DNA from: an uncultured Gemmatimonadaceae bacterium
GTDB lineage: Bacteria > Gemmatimonadota > Gemmatimonadetes > Gemmatimonadales > Gemmatimonadaceae
DNA length: 64,000 nt
Direction of reading: 5' to 3'
Assembly (NCBI GenBank): GCA_963740355.1
Contig: CAVUDW010000001.1
Location: 64,001 to 128,000 of the forward strand
Shown: piece by piece, positions 10,731 to 20,699 of the stretch
Layout: each line of letters starts with the position of its first letter
Numbering within the stretch: the stretch's first letter is position 1
Made by a program: the position numbers and the translations under genes
Notes under the pieces: generated by a model
What the model was told of the DNA's origin: nothing
What the model saw: only the letters and a program-made list of their open reading frames with translations
The model's database searches: none

Positions 10731-11729
10731 CTAGCGGACTTCCTGCTCGGCAAGCGCCAGGTCGGCATCACACATCATGTGCACGAGCCCACGGAACGAC
10801 ACCTTCGGCTCCCAGCCAAGGACGCGCTTCGCCTTTCCCGGGTCACCCAGCAAGAGGTCGACTTCGGCCGGTCGCAGATGGCGCGGATCCTGTGTCACGA
10901 CGGCACGCCAGTCGAGATCCAGGTACTCGGCCGCGACGTCGAGGAATTCCTGGACGGTATGCGTTTCGCCGGTCGCGATGACATAGTCGTCAGCGACATC
11001 CTGCTGCAACATCAGCCACATCGCCTCGACATAGTCGCCAGCGAAGCCCCAGTCACGCTTGGCATCGAGATTGCCGAGGGCAAGTGACTTTTGCGCACCA
11101 ATCTTGATCCGCGTCAGGCCGCGCGTGATCTTGCGGGTGACGAAGTTCTCGCCGCGACGCGGGCTCTCGTGATTGAAGAGAATGCCGCAGCTGGCCGGGA
11201 AGCCGTAACTCTCGCGATAGTTCACCGTCAGCATGTGCGCGAACACCTTTGCGCAGGCGTATGGTGAGCGCGGATAGAACGGCGTCGACTCCGATTGCGG
11301 CACCGCCTGCACCAGCCCGTACTGCTCGCTCGAACTGGCCTGATAGAACTTCGGCTTCATGCCGAGATTCCGCATCGCTTCCAGCAGGCGCAGGGTGCCC
11401 GTACCAACGACGTCGGTGGTGTACTCCGGAACGTCGAAGCTGACACGCACATGGCTCTGGGCGCCGAGGTTGTAGACCTCGTCGGGCACGACGGTCGCCA
11501 GCACGCGCTGCAGCGACGACGAGTCGCCCAGATCGCCATAGTGCAACTGGAGGTGCTTCCCCGACGAGATGTGCGGCTGTTCGTAGAGTGCGTCGATGCG
11601 TCCGGTATTGAACGTGCTGGCGCGGCGCACGATGCCGTGGACCTCGTAGCCCTTGGCGAGCAGAAACTCGGCGAGATACGAACCGTCCTGCCCTGTGATC
11701 CCTGTGATCAGCGCCTTGCGAGGAGACAT
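10731..11729 (-). CDS. gmd: GDP-mannose 4,6-dehydratase
   Basis: Motifs [32 protein letters not shown] and [17 protein letters not shown]. Confidence 0.97.
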   Translation of the reverse strand: MSPRKALITGITGQDGSYLAEFLLAKGYEVHGIVRRASTFNTGRIDALYEQPHISSGKHLQLHYGDLGDSSSLQRVLATVVPDEVYNLGAQSHVRVSFDVPEYTTDVVGTGTLRLLEAMRNLGMKPKFYQASSSEQYGLVQAVPQSESTPFYPRSPYACAKVFAHMLTVNYRESYGFPASCGILFNHESPRRGENFVTRKITRGLTRIKIGAQKSLALGNLDAKRDWGFAGDYVEAMWLMLQQDVADDYVIATGETHTVQEFLDVAAEYLDLDWRAVVTQDPRHLRPAEVDLLLGDPGKAKRVLGWEPKVSFRGLVHMMCDADLALAEQEVR

Positions 11730-11852
11730 GGAATTCGAAAGAGACGAGTCATTCGTGCGGCAGCTCCGCACCAGTCCTACGAACACCGCAATGTAGCAAC
11801 AGCCATTGATCGGAGCCACCGAAGTACCGTGGTACCACGGGGTTACGAATCA

Positions 11853-13148
11853 TCACACCTTCACCACCACTCCTTCCCGTTCCAGTCGGCCGCGGAGGAT
11901 CGCATCGACCCGAACCCGAACCAGCAGGTTCTCGCCATCGGCTGCCTGCTCGAGCACCTCGCCCTGGCGATACAGCGTCGACAGGAGCTTGCCATTGGCC
12001 GCCGGCACACGCACCTGCACGATCGGTCGCACCGCGCGCACACCGTCGCGCAACCTGGCACGCAACGGCTCGAGTGCCTCATGCGACTGCGCCGAGACGA
12101 ACAGCGAGTCAGGAATCAGGTTGCCGACACGGGTGCGGATCGCCTCATCCATCTCCGGCGAGAGCAGGTCCATCTTGTTGAACACGTGAACCAGCGGCGT
12201 ATCGATGGCACCAAGCTCGGTGAGCACCTCGTCCACCACCAGGCGATGCTCCTCCCAGCTCGGATGACTGGAATCGATCACATGGAGCAGCAGGTCGGCC
12301 TCGCGGACTTCATCGAGCGTGGCGCGAAAACTCGCCACGAGATGGTGAGGCAGCTTGCGAATGAAGCCGACGGTATCGGTGAGCAGGCAGTGATACCCCT
12401 CGCCAAGGTCGATGTCGCGAGTCAATGGGTCGAGTGTCGCGAACAGGCGATCTTCCACATACACGTCTTCCGAGCCGCTGAGCGCACGCAGCACGGAACT
12501 CTTGCCCGCGTTCGTGTAGCCGACGAGTGACACGCGAAAGGCTCCTTCGCGATGCGCCCGCAAGGTCTCGCGATGGCGCACCACGTCCTGCAGACGCTCG
12601 CGAAGGACGCGCACACGATGCCCGATCAACCGACGGTCGGTCTCCAGCTGCGTTTCACCCGGGCCGCGCATGCCGATGCCGCCGCGAAACTTCTCGAGGT
12701 GCGACCACATCTTGGTCAGGCGCGGCAACATGTAGTTCAGCTGCGCCAGCTCGACCTGCATGCGCGCCTCGCTGCTGCGCGCGCGCGTGGCGAAGATGTC
12801 GAGAATCAGCTCAGCACGATCCATCGTGCGCTTGCCGACGATCTGCTCGATGTTCTTGCCCTGCGTTGGGCTCAGCTCATCGTCGAAGATGATCAGCGTG
12901 GCTTCCTTCTCGTTCGCCAGTTCACGCAGTTCGTCCAGCTTGCCGCTGCCGAGGTAGGTGCCGGAATGCGGCTTGTCGATCGCCTGCGTCAGCGTGCCGA
13001 CGATCTCCGCGCCAGCGGTATCTGCAAGCCGCGCCAACTCGGCGAGATGTTCGTCGACCTGATGCCGCGCCGCGGTCCGCTTGCGGGGAGCGCCAACGAG
13101 CAAAGCCCGTTCCGTCGGCTGCGTCAGTGTGATGGAATCACGCGCGAT
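11853..13148 (-). CDS. hflX: GTPase HflX (probable ATC start at 13148; first canonical start is TTG at 13103)
   Basis: Motifs GPGETQLETDRR, VGYTNAGKSS, LFATLDP, DTVGFI and NKMD. Confidence 0.95.
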   Translation of the reverse strand: MARDSITLTQPTERALLVGAPRKRTAARHQVDEHLAELARLADTAGAEIVGTLTQAIDKPHSGTYLGSGKLDELRELANEKEATLIIFDDELSPTQGKNIEQIVGKRTMDRAELILDIFATRARSSEARMQVELAQLNYMLPRLTKMWSHLEKFRGGIGMRGPGETQLETDRRLIGHRVRVLRERLQDVVRHRETLRAHREGAFRVSLVGYTNAGKSSVLRALSGSEDVYVEDRLFATLDPLTRDIDLGEGYHCLLTDTVGFIRKLPHHLVASFRATLDEVREADLLLHVIDSSHPSWEEHRLVVDEVLTELGAIDTPLVHVFNKMDLLSPEMDEAIRTRVGNLIPDSLFVSAQSHEALEPLRARLRDGVRAVRPIVQVRVPAANGKLLSTLYRQGEVLEQAADGENLLVRVRVDAILRGRLEREGVVVKV

Positions 13149-13187
13149 GGTACACCTCGTGTTGACTGCTGCAAACGGTCCGCATCA

Positions 13188-13676
13188 CTACGGGCGGAAC
13201 GTCTTGAAGGCGTCAAATCGACCGACTTCGTTGAACTCGCGGGCAAAGGTGCCAACGAATGACTTCAAGGTAACGTCGCCGATCAGGCGATACGGAATTT
13301 CCCCACCACGCAGCAGCCGCGGCCCGACGGACTGAACGGCGCGAAAACCGATCCGAACCGGGAGCCGCACCACCATTGAATCGCGTTTGGCCACGGCGAA
13401 GCCGCTGTCGAGCGCGCCAGCGCCAATCTCGACGCTGTCCACCATCAGCCGATAGCGCAGCTGCGACGCGCCGAGGGAATAGGCGTTCGGGTTGTAGATG
13501 TTGAGCAGCACCTCGAAATCGGCGCCATCGAGGCCGAGGGAGCGCACACCGACGCCGCGGAAAGTCACGTCCGGCTGTGTGAAGATCGCCTTGGCCGCCG
13601 TGGCACACCCGGTTAGGCCAGCGGTCAGCAGCAACATCCCAGCCACAAGTACGCGTCGAACATCGAGCAACCGCAT
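13188..13676 (-). CDS. LEA type 2 (WHy domain) lipoprotein
   Basis: GGAGG RBS before the ATG at 13676, lipobox LTGC and a 'YNPNAYSL' LEA_2 motif. Confidence 0.8.
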   Translation of the reverse strand: MRLLDVRRVLVAGMLLLTAGLTGCATAAKAIFTQPDVTFRGVGVRSLGLDGADFEVLLNIYNPNAYSLGASQLRYRLMVDSVEIGAGALDSGFAVAKRDSMVVRLPVRIGFRAVQSVGPRLLRGGEIPYRLIGDVTLKSFVGTFAREFNEVGRFDAFKTFRP

Positions 13677-13710
13677 CCAGCCTCCAAGGGGAACCGAGGT
13701 CAAAACAGTC

Positions 13711-15111
13711 TCAGGCGCCGGTCGGCGCCTGGTCATCAGGCGCGTCCTTCTCCGGCACCGTGTCGCCACGCCGCTCAGCAATCCGCGCCGCCCACCACTC
13801 GAGGCGCTTGGCGATCTCCTTCTCGTACCCCAGAGTGGACGGTTCGTAGAACACGGCGTCCGCCAGCTCATCCGGCAGGTGGGAGTGCGCTGGCACGCCA
13901 CCAGGCTGGGCATGCGCGTACTCGTAGCTCGCACCATACCCGAGCGACTTGTGAAGCTTGGTTGGCGCATTGCGAAGCTGCAGGGGCACCGGGGCGTTCG
14001 GAGTCTCGCGGGCGCTGGCCAGCGCCGCGTCGAGGGCCACCTTCACCCGGTTCGACTTCGGTGCGGTCGCCAGATAAATGGTCATCTCGGCCAACGGGAT
14101 CAGGCCCTCCGGCGCACCGAGCATGTGGAACGCGTCACGCGCCGCGACCGCCATCTGCAGCGCCCGAGGGTCCGCCACGCCGATGTCTTCGGCAGCCATC
14201 GCCATTGCCCGGCGGAACAGGGTCATTGGATCCTCGCCCGCATTGATCATGCGCGCCATCCAGTAGAGCGCCCCCTGCACGTCGCTGCCGCGCAGCGACT
14301 TGTGATACGCCGACAGCAGGTCGAAATGTTGTTCGCCACTCTTGTCATGTCGCGGCAGGCGTTGCTGCAATGCACGCTCGAGCAATTCGATCGTGAGACG
14401 CTCACCGTCATCCAAGGCCGCTGCCGCCGCTTCCAGCGTGCCAAGTGCGCGACGCGCATCGCCATCCGCCCAGCGCGCGAGCGCCTCGAGCGCCTCGTCA
14501 TCCGTCGTCAGCTTCCGCGCACCAAGGCCGCGATCGGTATCGCGTAGTGCACGCTGCAGCAGTCCAAGCAAGTCGTCAGCGGCCAGTGGCTGCAGCACCA
14601 CGACGCGTGCGCGACTGAGCAACGCGGCGTTGATCTCGAAACTTGGCGCCTCTGTCGTGGCGCCAATCAGCGTGACCGTTCCATCCTCGACGATCGGCAG
14701 CAGCGCATCCTGCTGGCCCGCATTCATGCGGTGGATTTCGTCCACGAAAAGCAACGTGCGTGCGCCGCTGGACAGCAGGCGTTGCCGTGCCTGTTCGGCG
14801 ATCACGCGCAGCCGAGGAACCCCATCACTGACGGCACTGAACGGTTCGAACGACCAGCCGACGCGTTGTGCGATCAGTCGCGCGAGGGTCGTCTTGCCGG
14901 TCCCTGGCGGACCCCAGAGAATCATGGAACCGAGGACACCCCGCTCGATTGCGTCGTACACGGGTGTGCCGGGCGTGAACAGCTGTCGTTGCCCGACGTA
15001 CTCATCGAGTGTACGCGGGCGCAGCTGATGTGCGAGCGGTGCCGTGCTGACCGTGTCGCTGAACAGGCCAGGAGCCGACGCACCCGCGCCGCCGGAGCTG
15101 CGTCGCGCCAT
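13711..15111 (-). CDS. rarA: Replication-associated recombination protein A (MgsA/RarA AAA+ ATPase)
   Basis: Motifs PLAHQLRP, WGPPGTGKTT, FVDEIHR, HKSLRGSD and LRNAPT. The start overlaps the upstream stop (TGATG). Confidence 0.93.
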   Translation of the reverse strand: MARRSSGGAGASAPGLFSDTVSTAPLAHQLRPRTLDEYVGQRQLFTPGTPVYDAIERGVLGSMILWGPPGTGKTTLARLIAQRVGWSFEPFSAVSDGVPRLRVIAEQARQRLLSSGARTLLFVDEIHRMNAGQQDALLPIVEDGTVTLIGATTEAPSFEINAALLSRARVVVLQPLAADDLLGLLQRALRDTDRGLGARKLTTDDEALEALARWADGDARRALGTLEAAAAALDDGERLTIELLERALQQRLPRHDKSGEQHFDLLSAYHKSLRGSDVQGALYWMARMINAGEDPMTLFRRAMAMAAEDIGVADPRALQMAVAARDAFHMLGAPEGLIPLAEMTIYLATAPKSNRVKVALDAALASARETPNAPVPLQLRNAPTKLHKSLGYGASYEYAHAQPGGVPAHSHLPDELADAVFYEPSTLGYEKEIAKRLEWWAARIAERRGDTVPEKDAPDDQAPTGA

Positions 15112-15641
15112 CAGCCGGGCTGCAGTGCGAGCGTGCTGACGAACGTCTTCACACCGGCCGTCAGCGTGTTCGCGGGAGGAAATGCGCCGCGCGCCGGTCG
15201 CCACAGTCGGCCACGCACACGGGGACGCTCACGCAGTCCGGCGCGGTCGAGCAGGTACAACCAGCGATCGGTGCGCGACCACGTCACGACCTCGAGATGT
15301 GCCGAGAGCGACAGCTGATCACTGCCACTGTCAAGCGTGAACTCCACGCCGCCCGCGCCGATGATCGGGACGCGCAGCGAGTAGAACGCATCGAGGAGCG
15401 CGGCCTGCGTCACGCCGTCGGCATGCCAGGTACGCGCGTTCCGCCAGTCATCCACGGTGAGCGAGAACAGGACCGGAAATTCCGGCACCAGTTCAAGGAA
15501 CAACTCAACCATCGCCTCGGCATTGCCGAGCGCACGCGCGCCCACCAACCCGTCACGGCGCATGACGGCGTAGGTGTCGGAGGCATCACGAAAGCGCCGC
15601 CACACCGAGACCTCAGGAACGGGACCACGGAAAAACGCCAC
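15111..15641 (-). CDS. Hypothetical protein (176 aa)
   Basis: Fills the gap between two co-oriented genes with abutting/overlapping start and stop codons. Confidence 0.7.
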   Translation of the reverse strand: MAFFRGPVPEVSVWRRFRDASDTYAVMRRDGLVGARALGNAEAMVELFLELVPEFPVLFSLTVDDWRNARTWHADGVTQAALLDAFYSLRVPIIGAGGVEFTLDSGSDQLSLSAHLEVVTWSRTDRWLYLLDRAGLRERPRVRGRLWRPARGAFPPANTLTAGVKTFVSTLALQPG

Positions 15642-16967
15642 TCAGCTCTCCTTGGCCAACTGCGGGTTCGCCAACTGCCGGGCAATACCCAGCAAGCGAT
15701 CGTAGGTGTTCACGGTTGGATCGTCGAGGACCTGCTCCAGCAATGCGTGCAAGATCTGCCCCAGCGCCGGGCCGGGCCGCACGCCGGCCTCGCGCAGGTC
15801 ATCGCCACTGACTGCAAGATCGCCGAGCGCAATGGGATCGGTGAAGGCGATCCGCAGCAGCCTTCGCGCAAGCCGCATCACCTGCGGCTGCGTCGGGGCA
15901 TCGAGGCCGGCCGCGCGGCGCGCCGCCCAGACTGCGGCGAAGGCCCGCAGCGTGGCGTGGACGCGTGTCCGACCAATCCGCGCCACGATCCGCCGCACGA
16001 CGACCGGAGGGTTTTCCACGCCGGATGCCAACGAGCCCAGCTCTGCCCCACAGCTACTCCAGGCGTCGGCAAGGGCGCTGGCGTGCGCCGTCTCATGGTT
16101 CGAGGCACGGAGTGCCGTCAGCGCCACCCGCGCACTCTTCGCGTCGAGCGCCATGAACGGCAACGCCAGTCGAGTCAGCGCCCGAAGGGACGCCCGTTCA
16201 GGCCGGACACTCCGCGAGGCCAATGGTACGTGGTCGATGGCCGCGAAGAATTCCGTAGGCACCGACGTCAACGCCGGCACCAACACAGTCAGTGCGCCGG
16301 ATGTGCGCCACTTCGTGAACGCCGCAGATGCGCACCGAACCTGCTCGAGTGTCTTCGTCCATTCCTGCAACACACGCTCGATCGACAGTCGCGTGAGGTG
16401 AGGCGCGCTCGCCTCGATGGCACGCCATGTCTCCGGCTCGATCTCGAAGTCGAAGCGCGCGGCGAACCGGATCGCACGCAATGCGCGAAGCCGATCCTCT
16501 TCCAGCCTGCGCGCGGCGACGCCGACGGCACGAACCTGTCGCGCCTGCAGGTCAGCGCGCCCGCCGAATGGATCGCGCAATTCCTGGCGGGCTGGCGACC
16601 AGGCGATGGCATTGATGGTGAAGTCGCGTCGCGCCAGATCCTCGTCGAGCGACACGCCGAACTTCACGACCGCATGCCGACCATCGGTTTCGACATCGGC
16701 GCGGAAGGTCGTCACCTCGTGCAAACGACCGTCGCGTCCGAACACGCCAATGGTGCCATGCTCGATGCCCACCGGGACGGTCCGGGAAAAGAGCCGCTTC
16801 ACCTCGCCGGGGGTGGCGGCCGTGGCAAGATCCCAATCGAGGTCGGCCCGGCCAAGCAGCGCATCACGCACGGCGCCGCCAACACACCAGGTCTCGAATC
16901 CGGCGGTTTCGAGGCGCGCCGCGATCTCTCCCACCGCGTCCGGCGGCCGAATGACGACGTCGGTCAC
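15642..16967 (-). CDS. cca: CCA tRNA nucleotidyltransferase / poly(A) polymerase family
   Basis: Motifs VGGAVRDALLG, DWDLAT, DLARRDFTINA and EDRLRALRAIRF. Confidence 0.9.
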   Translation of the reverse strand: MTDVVIRPPDAVGEIAARLETAGFETWCVGGAVRDALLGRADLDWDLATAATPGEVKRLFSRTVPVGIEHGTIGVFGRDGRLHEVTTFRADVETDGRHAVVKFGVSLDEDLARRDFTINAIAWSPARQELRDPFGGRADLQARQVRAVGVAARRLEEDRLRALRAIRFAARFDFEIEPETWRAIEASAPHLTRLSIERVLQEWTKTLEQVRCASAAFTKWRTSGALTVLVPALTSVPTEFFAAIDHVPLASRSVRPERASLRALTRLALPFMALDAKSARVALTALRASNHETAHASALADAWSSCGAELGSLASGVENPPVVVRRIVARIGRTRVHATLRAFAAVWAARRAAGLDAPTQPQVMRLARRLLRIAFTDPIALGDLAVSGDDLREAGVRPGPALGQILHALLEQVLDDPTVNTYDRLLGIARQLANPQLAKES

Positions 16968-17103
16968 GGGCGGCGCTCCGCCACGCCACGCGGCTCAGGC
17001 GCGCGGAGTGGTGACCAGCAGCAGGAAAGCCACGAAATCGTGGGCGACGCGCCGAGACTCATTCCGTAAAGCTAACGGCCCCGGACCGATTACATTTCCA
17101 GAC

Positions 17104-17538
17104 ATGACGTTTGCAGAATTTGACTCCCTGTTGGCTGCCTCGCGTGCGACGCCGGAATTTCGCGCCGACCTCGAAGCATTTGCCTCGCGCCTCTCCGCAC
17201 CGCGGATCCAGCCGTCACCCAGCAATCCTCGGGTGAAAGTGCTTCGGACCATCGCGCAGCTGTTGCACGCGGAGCCAGAACTCGCGGTCGACCGGGTTGA
17301 ATTTCGCGCCGCCAGCGGCTGCGCCGATTTCGCCGGTGTGGTGACGGTCACCGATGCGGAAGGCGAGGTATACGCCTTCGATTTCGAGTGGAATTGCGAG
17401 TGGAAGGCCCGCCAGCTCGGCTATCTCGACGGCTTCGGGTTCCCCGACCAGATTCGCGCGGCGGAAGAATTCGGGTGGCAGTGCTTCGAGCGCTGGACGC
17501 GCCGGGCAGGCGCCGCTACGTCGTCGCACGCCGCCTAG
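17104..17538 (+). CDS. Hypothetical protein (144 aa) with three Cys in aromatic-rich motifs
   Basis: ATG at 17104 follows an intergenic gap. The sequence is globular-looking (SGCADF, WNCEWKA, FGWQCF) and converges on the asparaginase gene. Confidence 0.7.
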   Translation: MTFAEFDSLLAASRATPEFRADLEAFASRLSAPRIQPSPSNPRVKVLRTIAQLLHAEPELAVDRVEFRAASGCADFAGVVTVTDAEGEVYAFDFEWNCEWKARQLGYLDGFGFPDQIRAAEEFGWQCFERWTRRAGAATSSHAA

Positions 17539-17553
17539 TCCCTTCTCCGGGGC

Positions 17554-18525
17554 TTACGCTCCGGAGAACACCGCGTGCAACGCGTCACCCGTCAGTCCAG
17601 CGCCAACGGCCAGCATTAGATCGATCCTGGCCTGGGTCGGTCGCTGCGTCCCCGCGAAAATCGTCCCGAGCTCGCCCAGACGACGGCCACCACCAGGATA
17701 GCCGTAAGTCTGCCCCACCCGCCCCCGGCCGGTTCGGCTGGTGATCACCACCGGCTTGTCGGCATCGCGCCAGCGGGCGATCGCGTCGGCCATCAGCGGT
17801 GGAACGTTGCCCCGCCCGAGCGCCGAGATGACCACGCCGCGCGCCGTCGGCAGCACTGCGTCCAGCAAGCGGGCGTCGGCACCGGCCCACGCGCCGATGA
17901 TGTCGATCGGGGTGGCCGGGAATTCAGGCTCGAGAATGGCCCGCTGCGCCGGCAGCGCCCGCCGGAACAACACGCCTTCGTCATCGACCTCGGCGACCGG
18001 CCCAAGTCCGGGGCTTTCGAACGCATCGAGCACGTGCGTGTGTGCCTTGGTGACATCGATCGCCGAATAGGCGCGGCCGTTCATCACCAGGAACACGCCA
18101 TAGTCGCGCGCATCGGGGTGCGCGGCGACACGTACGGCGTCGACCAGGTTCGATGGCCCATCCCATCCCAGCTCGCTCAAATTGCGCATCGCACCGGTGA
18201 ACACGATCGGCTTGCTCGTTCGAACCGAACGCGCGACGAGATACGCCGTCTCCTCGATCGTGTCGGTGCCGTGCGTCACCACGACGCCATCCACGGCAGG
18301 TTCCGCCACAAGCTCGAGCAGGCGTGCACGCAGCGCCCACATCCGATCGACATCCATGTGAGGACCGGGAAACCGTCCCCATTCCTCGACTCGCAACTCC
18401 GCCACCTCCTCGATGCCGCGCGCCGCGCTGAGGATGTCCCGCGCGTCCAGCGCCGGAAGCGCACCGCCAGCGAGCGGATCGACGCGCATCGAGATCGTCC
18501 CACCGGTGAACACCATTGCGATCAC
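17554..18525 (-). CDS. L-asparaginase family protein
   Basis: Motifs TGGTISM, HGTDTIEET and TGAMR. Confidence 0.92.
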   Translation of the reverse strand: MIAMVFTGGTISMRVDPLAGGALPALDARDILSAARGIEEVAELRVEEWGRFPGPHMDVDRMWALRARLLELVAEPAVDGVVVTHGTDTIEETAYLVARSVRTSKPIVFTGAMRNLSELGWDGPSNLVDAVRVAAHPDARDYGVFLVMNGRAYSAIDVTKAHTHVLDAFESPGLGPVAEVDDEGVLFRRALPAQRAILEPEFPATPIDIIGAWAGADARLLDAVLPTARGVVISALGRGNVPPLMADAIARWRDADKPVVITSRTGRGRVGQTYGYPGGGRRLGELGTIFAGTQRPTQARIDLMLAVGAGLTGDALHAVFSGA

Positions 18526-18562
18526 GACCGGCACTCCGCGTGGGTGCTGCCCGGACGTGGCC

Positions 18563-19318
18563 TCAGCCGCACAACACACTACCACCGTTGATGTTCAGAA
18601 TCTCGCCGGTGATGTGTCGCGCCAACGGGCTGGCGAGGAATACGATCGGGCCCGCGATGTCGGCCGGTGACGCGATGCGGCCGAGGGGAATGTTGGCCGC
18701 GACACGCACGGCCTCATCACCGAAGACCACGGGCGTGATGGCCTCGGTATCGACCCAACCCGGTGCCACAGCGTTCACGTTCACCTGCCGCGGCGCGAGT
18801 TCGATCGCGATCGACTTGACCATCGAAATCATCGCGCCCTTCGCTGACGCGTAGTCCGCGTGGAACGCCTCGCCGCGTTGCCCGGCCGTGCTGGAGACGA
18901 AGATGATCTTGCCGCCATCCGTGACACTGCGCGCGGCGGCGCGAGCACACTGGAACATCGCGCCGTAGTTCTGCGCCGCCGTTTCGTTCCACCGCGCATC
19001 ACTCATCGTGGCGATCGGTTCTGGCGTGGTGGGCCAGAACCCTGCATTCGCCACCATGATGTCGATCGCACCGAGCGTGGCCGTTGCCGCGATGCAGAGC
19101 GCATCTGCGCCGCCCTTCTGCGACAGGTCAGCAGCAATGGCGGCGGCACGCACGCCGTACGACAGACATTCGAGCGCCACCGATTCGGCCTCGGCACGCC
19201 GCGATCGAAACCCGATCACGACATCGGCCCCGGCACGTGCGAACAACACGGCGGATGCCGCACCAATGCCTCGTCCACCGCCGGTGATCACGACACGTCG
19301 TCCCTTGAGGTCGATCAC
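18563..19318 (-). CDS. SDR family oxidoreductase (FabG-like)
   Basis: Motifs TGGGRGIG, NAG, YASAK and VAPGWVDT. Confidence 0.92.
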   Translation of the reverse strand: MIDLKGRRVVITGGGRGIGAASAVLFARAGADVVIGFRSRRAEAESVALECLSYGVRAAAIAADLSQKGGADALCIAATATLGAIDIMVANAGFWPTTPEPIATMSDARWNETAAQNYGAMFQCARAAARSVTDGGKIIFVSSTAGQRGEAFHADYASAKGAMISMVKSIAIELAPRQVNVNAVAPGWVDTEAITPVVFGDEAVRVAANIPLGRIASPADIAGPIVFLASPLARHITGEILNINGGSVLCG

Positions 19319-19885
19319 AGTGTGGCCTCGATCAGGTCGCAGATGGCATGTTCGATGTTCAGGTGAAGCTCCTGCGCACGATCGGTGCGCTGTGTCGGGA
19401 TGACGACGGAATGATCGGCGGCGGCCAGCAATGCCCCGCCATCGCGTGCGCTGAACGCCAGCACCTGCACTCCATTGGTGCGCGCCGCGGCTGCGGCGAG
19501 CAGCACGTTCGGCGAGTTGCCACTGGTCGAGTGAATGATCAACAAGTCACCCGCGCGGCAGAGCGCCTGCACCTGCCGCTCGAAGATGTGATCGAACCCA
19601 AAATCATTGCCTGCCGCGGTGATCAGCGAGGTGTCGGTCGTCAGCGCCACCGCAGGATACGCGGCCCTGTTGCGCGTGTACCGAACGATGTACTCGGTGG
19701 CAAGATGCTGGGCATCGGCCGCGCTACCGCCGTTGCCGCAGAAGAACAGGGTGCCGCCGCGAGCGACAGTCGTCCTGTACCATGCTCGCCGCGCGGTCGA
19801 GCTGCGGTCCGATCGTCTCGGCGGTCCGCAGCGCCGTCTCGGCGAGTTCGCGCAATGCGTTGGTGATATGGTCGACCCGTGACAT
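19315..19885 (-). CDS. gmhA: D-sedoheptulose 7-phosphate isomerase, with a +1 frameshift near 19774
   Basis: The N-terminus MSRVDHITNALRE...MVQ is in one frame. CGNGGSAADAQH, NDFGFDHIFERQ, STSGNSPN and QELH are in the next. The span is 571 nt (3n+1). Confidence 0.88.
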
Positions 19886-19892
19886 CTGCCTC

Positions 19893-20678
19893 TCAGGCAA
19901 TTGGGGTGTTCGGCGATGGCGTTGCACGCCGCAGGCCTACCAGCTCCCGCAGCCGCGAAAACATTCCCTTCTCGAGCCGTACCGGTGGCACTGGCACCAG
20001 CCGCTGGTCACTCAACAACGCACCCGGATTGACCGTGGTGAGGAGGTGAGATGCATCCGCGGCGCCGATCTCGATCAACCACTCGTGGGCCGCCCACAAC
20101 GACCGCTGGTCGCCGTGATTGTCGCTCGCAAGAATGTCGATCAGGCCTTCCTGGAGCATGCCACGCGCCAGCACCGAGCGTTCACCTTCGCCCAGCAGAT
20201 AGGCAGTGTCGGTCTGGATCACGGCCCCCGCTTCGCGCCAGCTGCGAATGAGATCGAGTGACGCGCCGCCGTAGCGCTCCGGATGCGCGAGTACCGGTAT
20301 CGCGCCGCTCTGTCGCAGCCGCGCCAGTTCGAGTTCCGTGCCCGACGGCAGCGTTCCACGCGGGAACTCGACGAGAATGGCGCTCGACGCGCCAAGCCGC
20401 AGGTGCAGGCTGGTGAGGTCGATGCCCGGATGATCGAGCATGATCTCCCAGCCTCGCTGCAGCGTGATTCCCGGTGGCGCCGCCTCGCACAACTCCCGAT
20501 GCAAGCGACGGTACTTGTCGGTCGGCATGCGATCGGCCTCGCTGGCGGCGAGGTGCGGTGTGCACACCACGCAGGTGACACCCGACGCAGCAAATCGCTC
20601 GAGGACTTCGAGCGACTGCTCCAGCGTTCGGGAGCCATCATCAACGCCCGGCAGGAGGTGCGTGTGTATGTCGATCAT
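19893..20678 (-). CDS. CpsB/CapC-type PHP tyrosine-protein phosphatase
   Basis: Motifs MIDIHTHLLPGVDDG, TPH, AHPERY and ASDNH. Confidence 0.92.
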   Translation of the reverse strand: MIDIHTHLLPGVDDGSRTLEQSLEVLERFAASGVTCVVCTPHLAASEADRMPTDKYRRLHRELCEAAPPGITLQRGWEIMLDHPGIDLTSLHLRLGASSAILVEFPRGTLPSGTELELARLRQSGAIPVLAHPERYGGASLDLIRSWREAGAVIQTDTAYLLGEGERSVLARGMLQEGLIDILASDNHGDQRSLWAAHEWLIEIGAADASHLLTTVNPGALLSDQRLVPVPPVRLEKGMFSRLRELVGLRRATPSPNTPIA

Positions 20679-20699
20679 CGCACGCGTCGACCAATACGC

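Noticed and set aside
15297..17069. Long plus-strand ORF (590 aa) and similar ones (20985-22409, 29869-31536, 41501-42790, 49914-51212)
   Set aside because: These are antisense shadows of well-supported minus-strand genes, expected in high-GC DNA, with no recognisable motifs.
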